Part shown: in pieces, positions 44,192 to 52,734 of the stretch
Position numbering within the stretch: position 1 is the first letter of the stretch
Layout of the letters: each line of letters begins with the position of its first letter
Origin: a virus
Taxonomy: Duplodnaviria > Caudoviricetes
Reading direction: 5' to 3' (one strand)
Length of the DNA stretch: 52,734 bases
IMG/VR virus record: IMGVR_UViG_3300036795_000123
Span: 1-52,734 of that record
Translations under genes and position numbers: made by a program
Notes under the pieces: model-generated
The model's input: only the letters and a program-made list of their open reading frames with translations
Databases searched by the model: none
What the model was told of the DNA's origin: nothing

Positions 44192-44449
44192 CTACACTTT
44201 TGCGTCCATGGTAGCCTCGGCCACCATGCGATAGCAGGGAATGCTTTCGGCCTTTTTCAGCACGGCATAAAGCGTGAGCTTTCTCAAATTCAATTCGACC
44301 TGGATTTCAGCATGTCTGCGATCCAGATCGAGGCATGTTTCACAAGTAGTACACCCAAAAATGGAGGGGGCGGTACCGCATGCAGCACACGTGTTGCCTG
44401 GCGCATCATGCATAATGTGAAGTTTGGGCTCTGTCATTCCGTGGCCCAC
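44192..44449 (-). CDS. Hypothetical protein
   Basis: CxxC pairs. Confidence 0.5.
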   Translation of the reverse strand: MGHGMTEPKLHIMHDAPGNTCAACGTAPSIFGCTTCETCLDLDRRHAEIQVELNLRKLTLYAVLKKAESIPCYRMVAEATMDAKV

Positions 44450-44916
44450 GCTTTCAGCTTCTCTTGGATATTACCCTCGGTGGCGACGAATGTCTTCAGA
44501 TCTCTGGCGTGCGCGTATTTGTATACCTCTTTCGCTTCTGGATCTTCTGACCACCCAGGCATCAACAAAATCCCGTCGCAGCGCGCCGCGAGTTCCTTAC
44601 CACCCTCCTCAAAAATCGCGGGCAGCGCGAAGTCGCGCATGGTGTACTCGGTGTTGACGCCCACGCTCACCGGGTAGATGCCTAGCTGTAACAACGAAAC
44701 CATGCGCTGTTTTACCATGTCCCGGTGGTCATTCGCATCTTCGACGCTTACGCCGCGCATGTCGGCGAGCACGTATATCATTTTCACGAGAATTTCCTTG
44801 GGTGGATCTATCCGCGCAGGGGCAGCCACGGGGATCCGCCGCAAAATGGGCCAAAACGAAAACGCCGCTATCGCCGCACCGCACACCAGGCCGATCGGTA
44901 TGAGCCACCAATCCAT
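44434..44916 (-). CDS. Membrane-anchored DUF4406/nucleoside deoxyribosyltransferase-like protein, degenerate
   Basis: N-terminal TM; IYVL..M.G and RCDGILLMPGW motifs; SxGAxxE replaced by DPEAKEV. Confidence 0.6.
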   Translation of the reverse strand: MDWWLIPIGLVCGAAIAAFSFWPILRRIPVAAPARIDPPKEILVKMIYVLADMRGVSVEDANDHRDMVKQRMVSLLQLGIYPVSVGVNTEYTMRDFALPAIFEEGGKELAARCDGILLMPGWSEDPEAKEVYKYAHARDLKTFVATEGNIQEKLKAWATE

Positions 44917-45365
44917 TATGCGAGCGACACGAAAGCTATCTTGGGGTACTGCGGCTTTTCGTCATTCGGCGTTACCGAAATGCCCACCATCTTACCCGTG
45001 CAACTCCCCGGGCGCGGGTTGTCGCGATCGTTGATGGCTCTTTCGGCCACGTCACCCGTCACGTCCCCGATATCCGTCCCAAGAGCTGCGGCCACGAAAC
45101 CGCGCACCCGGCCCAAGTAGTATCCGGGATACCGCGCATCCTGCACGAAAACCGCCGAGTACATCTGACCGATATGTCCCTTCGCATCTTCGCTGTCCTG
45201 CATTTTCATTTCCACGACGGTGGTGGGCGCGGCGGACATGGTCCCCTCGAACCGGATGGCGCGCGTGATCTGCATCATATGAAGGCCCAGCGGTGGCGCG
45301 GGATATCGGTCGTTAGGTACGTGATCCTCTATCCCCGCGTACGCGCCTGCTTGTTTAAAGCCCAT
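44916..45365 (-). CDS. Putative ssDNA-binding protein
   Basis: OB-like pattern upstream of the polymerase; GGAG RBS. Confidence 0.5.
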   Translation of the reverse strand: MGFKQAGAYAGIEDHVPNDRYPAPPLGLHMMQITRAIRFEGTMSAAPTTVVEMKMQDSEDAKGHIGQMYSAVFVQDARYPGYYLGRVRGFVAAALGTDIGDVTGDVAERAINDRDNPRPGSCTGKMVGISVTPNDEKPQYPKIAFVSLA

Positions 45366-45382
45366 GTTCTTTTTCTCCGAGT

Positions 45383-45441
45383 TTCAACTAGAAAATGTTT
45401 TTTCTCTTCAACACGTTTCAACACGTTTCAACAACTTCAAC
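45383..45441. repeat. Array of five TTCAAC hexamers (TTCAACACGT tandem)
   Basis: Copies at 45383, 45407, 45417, 45427 and 45436 in an intergenic gap. Confidence 0.75.
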
Positions 45442-45464
45442 TTCCGATAGCCTCTATACCTCGC

Positions 45465-45737
45465 TCACAGAAAACCGTCAAAACAAACCGTGCACGAAAG
45501 TGTTTTTTTGATCGGCGTTGTACAGTTGAAGCACGGGGAGCTGCTCGACAAGTAGACCGTATCGCTCGGGTGAAGTGTGATCGTTGAATTCGGAGATGGC
45601 CGGATGAGCCAAAAAGGTTCCTCCCCAAGCGGCGTTTCGATGCATGTTAACACGCCTTTGATCGTGATCCCGTTGCGAACCAACACGGCTTTTTCACCGT
45701 CCTTAAAATCCCGCATATTCATTAAGACAGCGCTCAT
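45465..45737 (-). CDS. Hypothetical protein
   Basis: GGAGGG RBS; C-terminal CxxC pairs. Confidence 0.55.
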   Translation of the reverse strand: MSAVLMNMRDFKDGEKAVLVRNGITIKGVLTCIETPLGEEPFWLIRPSPNSTITLHPSDTVYLSSSSPCFNCTTPIKKTLSCTVCFDGFL

Positions 45738-45918
45738 GGTTTTTAACCCCTCCCCCGGGAATACGTGTGCCGTGATAATCGTTAACGGTCTGAAATGGAA
45801 AAAGCCCATAACGCCGTGTGCCTCGTAGATGCTTGTTTTGAGGCCAGCTTGCTTGCCTTAGATGGTGCCACCAGCGTGGTTGAAGCACGTACCATTATTC
45901 AGAAGTGCCGCACCACGA

Positions 45919-46122
45919 TCATGGAAGTTGTGCGCGCAACAACCTGCATAGAAAAACCAACGCAAAAGCCTGAAACCACGTGATGGTGGTCGCAGTTATC
46001 GTAGGAAATGCGCGGTGAACGGCGGGCCAAAACAAGTGCAGCACCATTATGCACAGCACCGCTTGGAAAAACGCATACACGAATTTCGCAACGTCTTCGG
46101 ATACTACCGTTGTCATCGCCAT
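45919..46122 (-). CDS. Small 2-TM membrane protein
   Basis: LW...P.I....ITW.QA pattern. Confidence 0.6.
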   Translation of the reverse strand: MAMTTVVSEDVAKFVYAFFQAVLCIMVLHLFWPAVHRAFPTITATTITWFQAFALVFLCRLLRAQLP

Positions 46123-47717
46123 ACTCCCATGAGCAGTTTTTGCTTTTGCCCCATCGAATCCTGCGTGTAACGCGCCCCCTCTATAGCAGCCTCTAGGCTG
46201 TCACGGAATGCCTCGGTGTGCTGATAAACCGTAGCGCGCACGCGCGGGGAGGTCTGTCCCATGCGGTGGGTGCGGCCTATCATTTGCTCCCATTCCGAAC
46301 CGGACGCCGAGGGGGAAACCACGATGTTGTCCCAACGCCGTTGCAGATTTTTGGCTTCGCGGTGGGCGCGCTGCGACAGGCCTACCGAGCCGCGCGAGTC
46401 GTTGATCTCCGCCTGCGTGGCTTTTGGCCCGAAATAGGGGAAACCCTTACGCAATAGCCGCGCCCCGAAAGCGGAGTGTTCCACCCAAACGAGTGCGTCG
46501 CGGCCGCGCGCCGCTCGGATCACCGCGTCAACGAAAAAGTCGGACAGCCATACCGGCTCGACCACGGGCTTATACTCGGGGCGCACCGCTTCCCATGTGC
46601 GCCACAACCTCCCCGGATCGGAGATTTCACCGGACACCACCCCCACCTCCACGGCCTTCGGGCTATCGTACCGGCGGCGGCCGCCGATGACGTTGCGCAC
46701 AAATTTGTGCCAGTCCGCTCGGGCGCGCACCCACCGTTCGTTGACCACGCCACCGGGCCACACCCACCGGTAGTAGAAGCCACATGACAACTCGCGCCCG
46801 TGCCGCCAGAGCTCCATGGCGTATTGGCACTCCTCCCCGCCGGGGGTGGCCCATTTCGCGTAGAGGTTTACGATCGCCTCATAGACGTTGGGCGGCACGT
46901 CGACGGTAGTCTTTTCGAACTCGATCCGCGCGTCGCAGCTCGCCGCCATGGTCAAGATCACCCCGGGCGTGTCGCTAAGCCGGCGCTGCCATGCCTGACG
47001 GACGTTTTCGCCATTCTCGCACCAGGCGCGCAGGGGCCCCGACGCCACGAGGCGCTGCGGTTTCAGATCGAGCGCTCCCGCCCACATTTCCAAGTCCTGA
47101 TAGGTGTGCGGCACGGGGCAACCCTCGGGCAGCGCTAGCCGCACCATGTGCGCGTAGTCCTTCATGCTGTTCGTGGTGGGGGTACCGCTCATGGCCGCGA
47201 GCCGCGTCTTCGGGTGGTCGGCAAAGAAGCGCATGAAACGCCGGCCGCGCGCCGTGGTCACGTCCTTCAGCTTATGGGCTTCATCGGCTATCACCCAATC
47301 AGGATCCATCGTGTACAGCGCGTTGACGCCGCTAAGCCGGCTCAACTCTTCATAGCTCAAGATCTGCAGATAGGGATGAAGCTTGAAGTGCAGCCGGTAG
47401 CCCGGGATCTCAGCGTAGGTTTTTTCCCGCGCGCTCGCCGGCAACATGAGCAATGGCCGCTTGGCCCCCACGATCATCGGGATGAGCAAGCTAACGATCG
47501 TCTTACCGGCCCCCACCCCGGCGGAGGTGAACAGGCCACCCTGCTCGACGGTGTACACGAGCGCCGCGGCTTGCCATGGTTTCAACACCATGGTGCCGTT
47601 GCGGCTCTTCAATGCGTTTTGAATGGGGGCGAGCCACGTCGCACCGATGCTCTCGTAATTATCGCGCGGGAGCGCATCGATGCGTCGGAATTCGGCGCTT
47701 TGTTTTACGTGGTCCAA
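46113..47717 (-). CDS. SF2 (SNF2-like) helicase
   Basis: GVGAGKT, DEAH, SGTP, QMIGRTHRMGQ. Confidence 0.9.
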   Translation of the reverse strand: MDHVKQSAEFRRIDALPRDNYESIGATWLAPIQNALKSRNGTMVLKPWQAAALVYTVEQGGLFTSAGVGAGKTIVSLLIPMIVGAKRPLLMLPASAREKTYAEIPGYRLHFKLHPYLQILSYEELSRLSGVNALYTMDPDWVIADEAHKLKDVTTARGRRFMRFFADHPKTRLAAMSGTPTTNSMKDYAHMVRLALPEGCPVPHTYQDLEMWAGALDLKPQRLVASGPLRAWCENGENVRQAWQRRLSDTPGVILTMAASCDARIEFEKTTVDVPPNVYEAIVNLYAKWATPGGEECQYAMELWRHGRELSCGFYYRWVWPGGVVNERWVRARADWHKFVRNVIGGRRRYDSPKAVEVGVVSGEISDPGRLWRTWEAVRPEYKPVVEPVWLSDFFVDAVIRAARGRDALVWVEHSAFGARLLRKGFPYFGPKATQAEINDSRGSVGLSQRAHREAKNLQRRWDNIVVSPSASGSEWEQMIGRTHRMGQTSPRVRATVYQHTEAFRDSLEAAIEGARYTQDSMGQKQKLLMGVWR

Positions 47718-47721
47718 CGAA

Positions 47722-48855
47722 TCAGAGCGTAGCCGTCGCGGATTTCAGTGCGCCGATGGCCGCTTCTAGGCTGTTCCCCGTGCCGGTGGCGGTCACCGTG
47801 AACGTGCCATCGCACTGACGTGTTTCGTAACCGGCGCTCGCTTTAGTGTTTCCCACCTCAGCGTTGGCGGCGGCCGCAGCTTTCGCTGCTTTTTCGGCCT
47901 TGGCGGCGGCTTTCGCCGCGCGTTTGGCTTCTAGTGCTCTAATCTGTGCGGCCTCTTCATCTTCTTCGCCATCCGGCACGTCTTCATGCGGCGGCGGGGG
48001 GTTGATGGGATCGGGCTGGCGCTGCGGCGCGGCCGTGGCGGGGGCCTCATTATGCATGGCGGCCAAGCGTGCTTTCATGTCCTGAAAACTCATGTTGTCA
48101 TCCTGTTTTTTTACTGCGTCGCAGTAAGTCATGTGGGGACACCCGCCGTACGCCCCACAAAAATCCGTGTTGGCGGGAAGGGCGTTGTTAACATAGTCGA
48201 TCGGGGTCGCAAAGCCCTTTACCACCTCGCGATGCGCGTACATCTCCCCCGCGATACGCCAAATATCGGCCATGCCTTCGGACAATTGCTCATAGGTCAG
48301 ATCGGCTTGCACGACCCTCACCCGGAAAGGCTTAGCGCGCTCGATGTAAATCCATTTGAGATCTACCGAATAATTCGTATCGGCACGACTCCATGCGTAA
48401 ACGAGCGCTTGTGTGTCTTTCCTTAATGTGCCGGGCGTGTGGGCGAATTCGAAGGGAATTCGACGCACCGATACAGTTTTGTAGTCCACCACGCGGCACT
48501 CATCATGCGGTATGAGATCGGGGTAGCCGTGGATGAACATTTGATTTTGCCGCAGAGCAATATGTTTTTCACAACGATGGTGCGGGCTGGGATACGGGAG
48601 AAAGGGCACCGCGTTCCACACCGCCGTCGCGTACTTCTCCCGCCGCTCGGGCAGCACGCCGGTGAGCGCATACTTTTCCAGCATGTCATGGATGGCCTTA
48701 CCCGCCACCTGAAAACTGAATTCGGGCTCGGGCTGCCCCGCCAGCTTACGGAAACCCCATTTACGCGAGCAGCTCCGATAGGTGTCGATCTGACTCGGCG
48801 ACAAGGTGCCGGGCGGACAGCCGCATTCGGGGCGCGCGGGCGCGGATGGTGTCAT
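47722..48855 (-). CDS. Cas4-like/RecB PD-(D/E)xK exonuclease
   Basis: LSPSQI...C.RKW, G.AIH, GYPDL, VDYKT, C-x5-CP...C. Confidence 0.85.
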   Translation of the reverse strand: MTPSAPARPECGCPPGTLSPSQIDTYRSCSRKWGFRKLAGQPEPEFSFQVAGKAIHDMLEKYALTGVLPERREKYATAVWNAVPFLPYPSPHHRCEKHIALRQNQMFIHGYPDLIPHDECRVVDYKTVSVRRIPFEFAHTPGTLRKDTQALVYAWSRADTNYSVDLKWIYIERAKPFRVRVVQADLTYEQLSEGMADIWRIAGEMYAHREVVKGFATPIDYVNNALPANTDFCGAYGGCPHMTYCDAVKKQDDNMSFQDMKARLAAMHNEAPATAAPQRQPDPINPPPPHEDVPDGEEDEEAAQIRALEAKRAAKAAAKAEKAAKAAAAANAEVGNTKASAGYETRQCDGTFTVTATGTGNSLEAAIGALKSATATL

Positions 48856-49145
48856 CCCTTTCGCGCGCTTTCATCGATGGCCGCATCACGTTCGGCTATC
48901 AAAGTGCTGCGCTGCTTACGCAACTCCAACAATTCGGCGACCGCGTTATCTCGTTCGCGCTGCACCTTGCCCACCTCATGGATCAGAGCGGCTTTTAGCC
49001 CATCAATTTCATAGCGCGCGTCAAGAATCTCGCCGGCCCATATTTCTTGAGCCGATATCAAATAGCCCTCAGCCTCAAATCCCGGCCGCAACACGTCATC
49101 GATCTGTTCTTGAGTATATTTCTGTGTAGTCACCAGTCCCTCCAA
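48852..49145 (-). CDS. Hypothetical coiled-coil protein
   Basis: Coupled ORF. Confidence 0.55.
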   Translation of the reverse strand: MEGLVTTQKYTQEQIDDVLRPGFEAEGYLISAQEIWAGEILDARYEIDGLKAALIHEVGKVQRERDNAVAELLELRKQRSTLIAERDAAIDESARKG

Positions 49146-49348
49146 ACAACGTCCCTACAGAGTTCTTCGCGCTTCATGGCTGCGACCACCCGCGCACGTG
49201 CCCACACTTCACGCGGATGGCTCGCCAAGATTTTTAGGTCATGGGAAAACTGATGGCGGCCATAGCGCACGGAGTACACCGCGAAACCATGCTCCGCGAG
49301 CAATTCCTTAACGCGCAGGTTGCGAACTCTACCCGGGTCCATCGCCAT
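49130..49348 (-). CDS. Hypothetical protein
   Basis: Overlapping ORF within the operon. Confidence 0.5.
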   Translation of the reverse strand: MAMDPGRVRNLRVKELLAEHGFAVYSVRYGRHQFSHDLKILASHPREVWARARVVAAMKREELCRDVVWRDW

Positions 49349-49814
49349 CTTTCACTTCGCTCGCCCATAGTTGCCATGATGTGATCATCTGTTGCTTTCG
49401 CGCGGGGGCCTCATTCTCTACTCGCATAACACGGCCCCTCTGACGAAACACGTCCCCCACCTTCAACGACTCGAAAATCACGGGCACCCAGGCATCATCC
49501 TTTTTGATGAAGGTTTCCGCATCCGCGTCGACCCATAGACCGCATGCGCACTGCACGTGCTCTTTGCTGTACTGCTTAGGCTCGGGGACGCCTGACGTGA
49601 TGGTTGCGATGCGCGCATCTATTTCATCGTCCGTGTCCCCCCACGCTTTCTCTGCGGCGTTGAAATCGGGTCCGTACGCGTTATCGTTGCCATCCGCCTC
49701 CCACCCGCGCGTGTGCTCCTCTTGTCGCTGCCGTACCCATCGCAGCTCGGCGACGCGCGCGGCGGCGATTTTTTCGTCCGCGTCTTTCCAAATGCTCAGA
49801 TCTTCAGTGATCAT
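49329..49814 (-). CDS. Hypothetical protein
   Basis: GGAGG RBS before ATG 49814. Confidence 0.55.
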   Translation of the reverse strand: MITEDLSIWKDADEKIAAARVAELRWVRQRQEEHTRGWEADGNDNAYGPDFNAAEKAWGDTDDEIDARIATITSGVPEPKQYSKEHVQCACGLWVDADAETFIKKDDAWVPVIFESLKVGDVFRQRGRVMRVENEAPARKQQMITSWQLWASEVKDGDGPG

Positions 49815-49815
49815 G

Positions 49816-52269
49816 CTATCCCTCCCCGACGTGCCTAAGATCGCCGTCGACCATGGCGCGATACGGGTCACTATCCACCCCCGCACGCTGTTCTAAAAAT
49901 TGGTAAAACAATTCCGTGTTGACCCTACATGTCTGCACACGCTTGCCCTTGAATAACGCCCTTGTGACGGTACCCACCTTCTGTAACTGCACATTCGTGT
50001 TTGTCCATGGGGCTTCTTTGAAATGTTGTACCCACCGCGTGCAAATATCCGGCCCGCAAACGTATAAGCTACCTTTGCCCCAACCTGTTGCTTTTAAACG
50101 GGTCGTGTTGGCGGAATCTTTGCCCTCAAAATCATCATCCATGACGCTTTGCAGAATGGTGAATATTCGTTGCGTAGGATGATCATCGATCAAGATCGCC
50201 GAGAAGAGCCCCGTCGCTCCGCTTACGGCGAACCGGGCCCCGCGCGCCATGGGGGGTCGGCGATTTTCGGCGAGCCATAGCACGTGCTTTGCGATGTCTT
50301 CACGAGCCATTCGCTCGCACATCTCAAAAGACAACTCCGCTAAGAATCGCTTCGCCGACAGACTGCACGGGCATACCCAAATGCGTTCTTGCAACGCTTC
50401 AAGATCGTCACGCTCTAGCATGTTGTTTTGAAAATTCAACGCTTGGCTGTTGTTCGCCGCGATCATCACGCGCCGTGCCCCGAGCGACTCGCCCGTGTCG
50501 CCGTACTTTTTCTCGATCTTAAATGTGCGGTTACCCGTAAGCTTTCGCAAATGCTCGGTGACCGCAGGATCACGGGGCAGCCCCTCATCTGCGAAGATGA
50601 ACGGCGATTTTGTGATGTCAAAATTGAATTGAGTAATGGCCTGGTCGAACGTAACGGGATAACCGTGCTCCCAAATTCGCGCCAGGCCCTCCGCCAACAG
50701 CGTTTTACCGCTACCACCCGGGCCCGACAAGAATAGCGCACACAGTAGATGTGACGTGTCCGGGAACCATGACAACCATGCTTCGCCCTTGGCGTATTCA
50801 TCGCCGAACAGCGCCCGCAAAAAACCATCTACCTCATCCACATAGGTGGGCTGCAAGGAACTCTTCAAGCAAGGAAGTGTTAGCACCGTGCCGTCAAGGC
50901 GATGTTGCTGAATTCTGTTGTCGTACCTCACTATTTCCAACGACCTCGTATTTTTGTCCGTCAAGTCTTTGAGTGCCTTGGGCACCAAGCGAGGCGATTC
51001 TTTCGGGCCCCGCACGTTGTGGATCTCGATCCCGGTTGGCCGCAATAGGCCGAGATGGTGCGCCACATTTTCGGGCGTGTTCAGGAAACCCACGAGCCCT
51101 TTCAATGTCACGAAAAATATCTCTTTGCTAGCTGGCGACATGATGATCCAAATATTTTCATCGGCTGTTATCCCAAGAGCCTCGGCAATCTCTTCACGGT
51201 CATCGTCGGTGTACGCGTAGTCAGGATCGGCGACGCCGGCCGCGCGTTCGTTATCCGCGGTCGCGCGCTGCTCCTCCCACAACGCCAGCTCGGCGCACTC
51301 CGCGTGATAGGCCGCTTGGGCCGATCCGAGCCCCTCGATGATGGCAGCCATGCTGTCAGGGGGTGACTCATGTATGGCGGTCATCTCGGCTTGCGACCGC
51401 TCGAAAATCGGGGCCAGTGTCTCGGGGGGGCAATGCGGGAACTCGCGCCCGATCCTATGCGTCAGCCGGATCATTGCGTCATGACGTGAACGAAATTCGC
51501 TGTACGCTCGCCCGCCCAGGAGCGCGCTCATGGCCAAGCCGAGCGATGGATCATCTTTCTTCTCTAACTTTTGAGCCAGCTTGTGAAGTTTCGCTTCGAT
51601 CTGCGGTAAGGGAACATTTAGGACAGGGGCCTTGGGTATCTGTGAGGAGGGAAGACAGGCCATAGCCTCGATCACCGCTACGTCAAGCGGTGCGGATACC
51701 GTGTCAGAAAAGAAGCCCTCGGCCATCCAATCCAACGCCTCTTGTGATGGCGCGGCGGGAAGGTAGTACAGGTGGTTCGCGTTTTTGCATCTTGTGTCGA
51801 GTGTCCATGCATCAAAATACTTTTGCGCTTTGAGCCAAAACTTCTCCCAGCGTGCGAAGGGGATAGGCTCCGACAACGGAATGATGACGCGCACCTTATA
51901 GTGACCGGATGCGTGATAGGTGGCGTAACAACTATGCGTGGGATGCAACGCGTAAGCATGCCCCTTTAGTTTTTCCAAGAGCGCAAGTAGGGATGCCTCG
52001 GTTAGCTGCTCGTCGATATCTAGCCCGAGCAGGTGGACACTATCCACGCTGGTCCTGCACTTCCCTTTCGTTAGGTCATTCCATAGCGCCGGGACAAAAC
52101 AAGGGATGACATCCTTGCTCGGCACGATGCGCCCGCTCGTGAATAAGGCTGCGATGTCCGACCACGGTGCGCTCTGTTGCCGGATAGGGATGAGGGGAGG
52201 ATCGGTGGGTTTCTTGGGGGGACTGTTTGCCTTGCGACTCGTGTGCGTGCTGAAAGCTAGCTGTTGCAC
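49816..52269 (-). CDS. Primase-helicase (AEP-like N-terminus, SF3/DUF5906-like ATPase C-terminus)
   Basis: GLDID, HPTHS, KVRVIIP, D..CKN...LYY.P; GPGGSGKT, FIFADE, IAAN. Confidence 0.85.
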   Translation of the reverse strand: MQQLAFSTHTSRKANSPPKKPTDPPLIPIRQQSAPWSDIAALFTSGRIVPSKDVIPCFVPALWNDLTKGKCRTSVDSVHLLGLDIDEQLTEASLLALLEKLKGHAYALHPTHSCYATYHASGHYKVRVIIPLSEPIPFARWEKFWLKAQKYFDAWTLDTRCKNANHLYYLPAAPSQEALDWMAEGFFSDTVSAPLDVAVIEAMACLPSSQIPKAPVLNVPLPQIEAKLHKLAQKLEKKDDPSLGLAMSALLGGRAYSEFRSRHDAMIRLTHRIGREFPHCPPETLAPIFERSQAEMTAIHESPPDSMAAIIEGLGSAQAAYHAECAELALWEEQRATADNERAAGVADPDYAYTDDDREEIAEALGITADENIWIIMSPASKEIFFVTLKGLVGFLNTPENVAHHLGLLRPTGIEIHNVRGPKESPRLVPKALKDLTDKNTRSLEIVRYDNRIQQHRLDGTVLTLPCLKSSLQPTYVDEVDGFLRALFGDEYAKGEAWLSWFPDTSHLLCALFLSGPGGSGKTLLAEGLARIWEHGYPVTFDQAITQFNFDITKSPFIFADEGLPRDPAVTEHLRKLTGNRTFKIEKKYGDTGESLGARRVMIAANNSQALNFQNNMLERDDLEALQERIWVCPCSLSAKRFLAELSFEMCERMAREDIAKHVLWLAENRRPPMARGARFAVSGATGLFSAILIDDHPTQRIFTILQSVMDDDFEGKDSANTTRLKATGWGKGSLYVCGPDICTRWVQHFKEAPWTNTNVQLQKVGTVTRALFKGKRVQTCRVNTELFYQFLEQRAGVDSDPYRAMVDGDLRHVGEG

Positions 52270-52293
52270 TATCCAACGCCCCTTTTAGGGTGG

Positions 52294-52322
52294 TTGACAC
52301 CCTAGTGGCGCGGTGGTAACAC
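52294..52322 (+). promoter_or_regulatory. Sigma70-like promoter
   Basis: TTGACA-17 nt-TAACAC with extended -10 TGn. Confidence 0.65.
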
Positions 52323-52327
52323 GAGAT

Positions 52328-52407
52328 CAGGAGCAATCGTTGCACTACCACTGCGCGAGTTTTTAGAAGGCCCCGGGGAGGTTGTAATCCCCGGGGCCTT
52401 TGTCTTT
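52328..52407 (+). ncRNA. Candidate small antisense RNA (about 80 nt)
   Basis: Lies between the promoter at 52294 and a 13-bp hairpin (52367-52400) followed by TGTCTTT; no ORF. Confidence 0.45.
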
Positions 52408-52613
52408 CCTGCTAGGTCAACTATCGCGTTGACGCCCTCATGTAAACCAATCGTTCCAAGGCTTGGCGTGCGCTTCCGCAGCGAGGCGATCCCTAGCCAC
52501 CACCACCGAAACACAAGTAACTAACGCCAAAACAACACAAGGTTAGAAATATTTTGACACGATCGTGATCAAAATAAATAGGCTCTGCCACACCGAGGCA
52601 CAGCCGTCCCGGG

Positions 52614-52734
52614 AAATATCACCCCCCAAAAGGGTGATATCACTACGCCGCTTTTTTGATGTCGCACACGATCGTGAGCACACCGAAAACAAACAACACA
52701 CGATCGTGTGTGATTTTTTCGGCTCTGCCATAGG
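52614..52734. repeat. Second copy of the 121-bp terminal repeat
   Basis: Identical to 1-121. Confidence 0.97.

Noticed and set aside
47722-48855. CRISPR-Cas system suggested by the Cas4-like nuclease
   Set aside because: No repeat-spacer array or other cas genes; solo Cas4-like exonucleases are common in phage replication modules.

Overview
The window is a complete, circularly assembled dsDNA tailed-phage (siphovirus-type) genome of about 52.6 kb. Positions 1-121 exactly repeat 52614-52734, most likely an assembly overlap. The + strand carries a ParB-MTase, TerS, a portal-MuF fusion, HK97-type protease and capsid, neck, tail tube, frameshifted tail chaperones, tape measure, tail tip and an SLT endolysin. 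The - strand carries an AEP primase-SF3 helicase, a Cas4-like nuclease, SF2 helicase, SSB-like protein, family A polymerase, sigma-r4 protein, glycosyltransferase, C5 MTase, RuvC and accessory genes. TerL is inverted and isolated among about 25 small accessory genes of mixed orientation. I found no integrase, tRNA, CRISPR array or reverse transcriptase. A Myxococcota/deltaproteobacterial host is inferred, not shown. The most unusual signals are: (1) three consecutive tail-fibre/decoration-like genes with Sec-type signal peptides; (2) an A9 slippery run with stops in both shifted frames at the portal/MuF junction; (3) a C5 methyltransferase with a nested second-frame gene supplying motif IX; (4) apparent pseudo-enzymes (dead Orn, degenerate DUF4406 and VRR-NUC, armless HU-like protein) alongside two Acb2/Tad1-like proteins; (5) a candidate antisense sRNA against the primase start codon; (6) several leaderless promoter-gene units. 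All family calls come from motif recognition by eye, not database searches.
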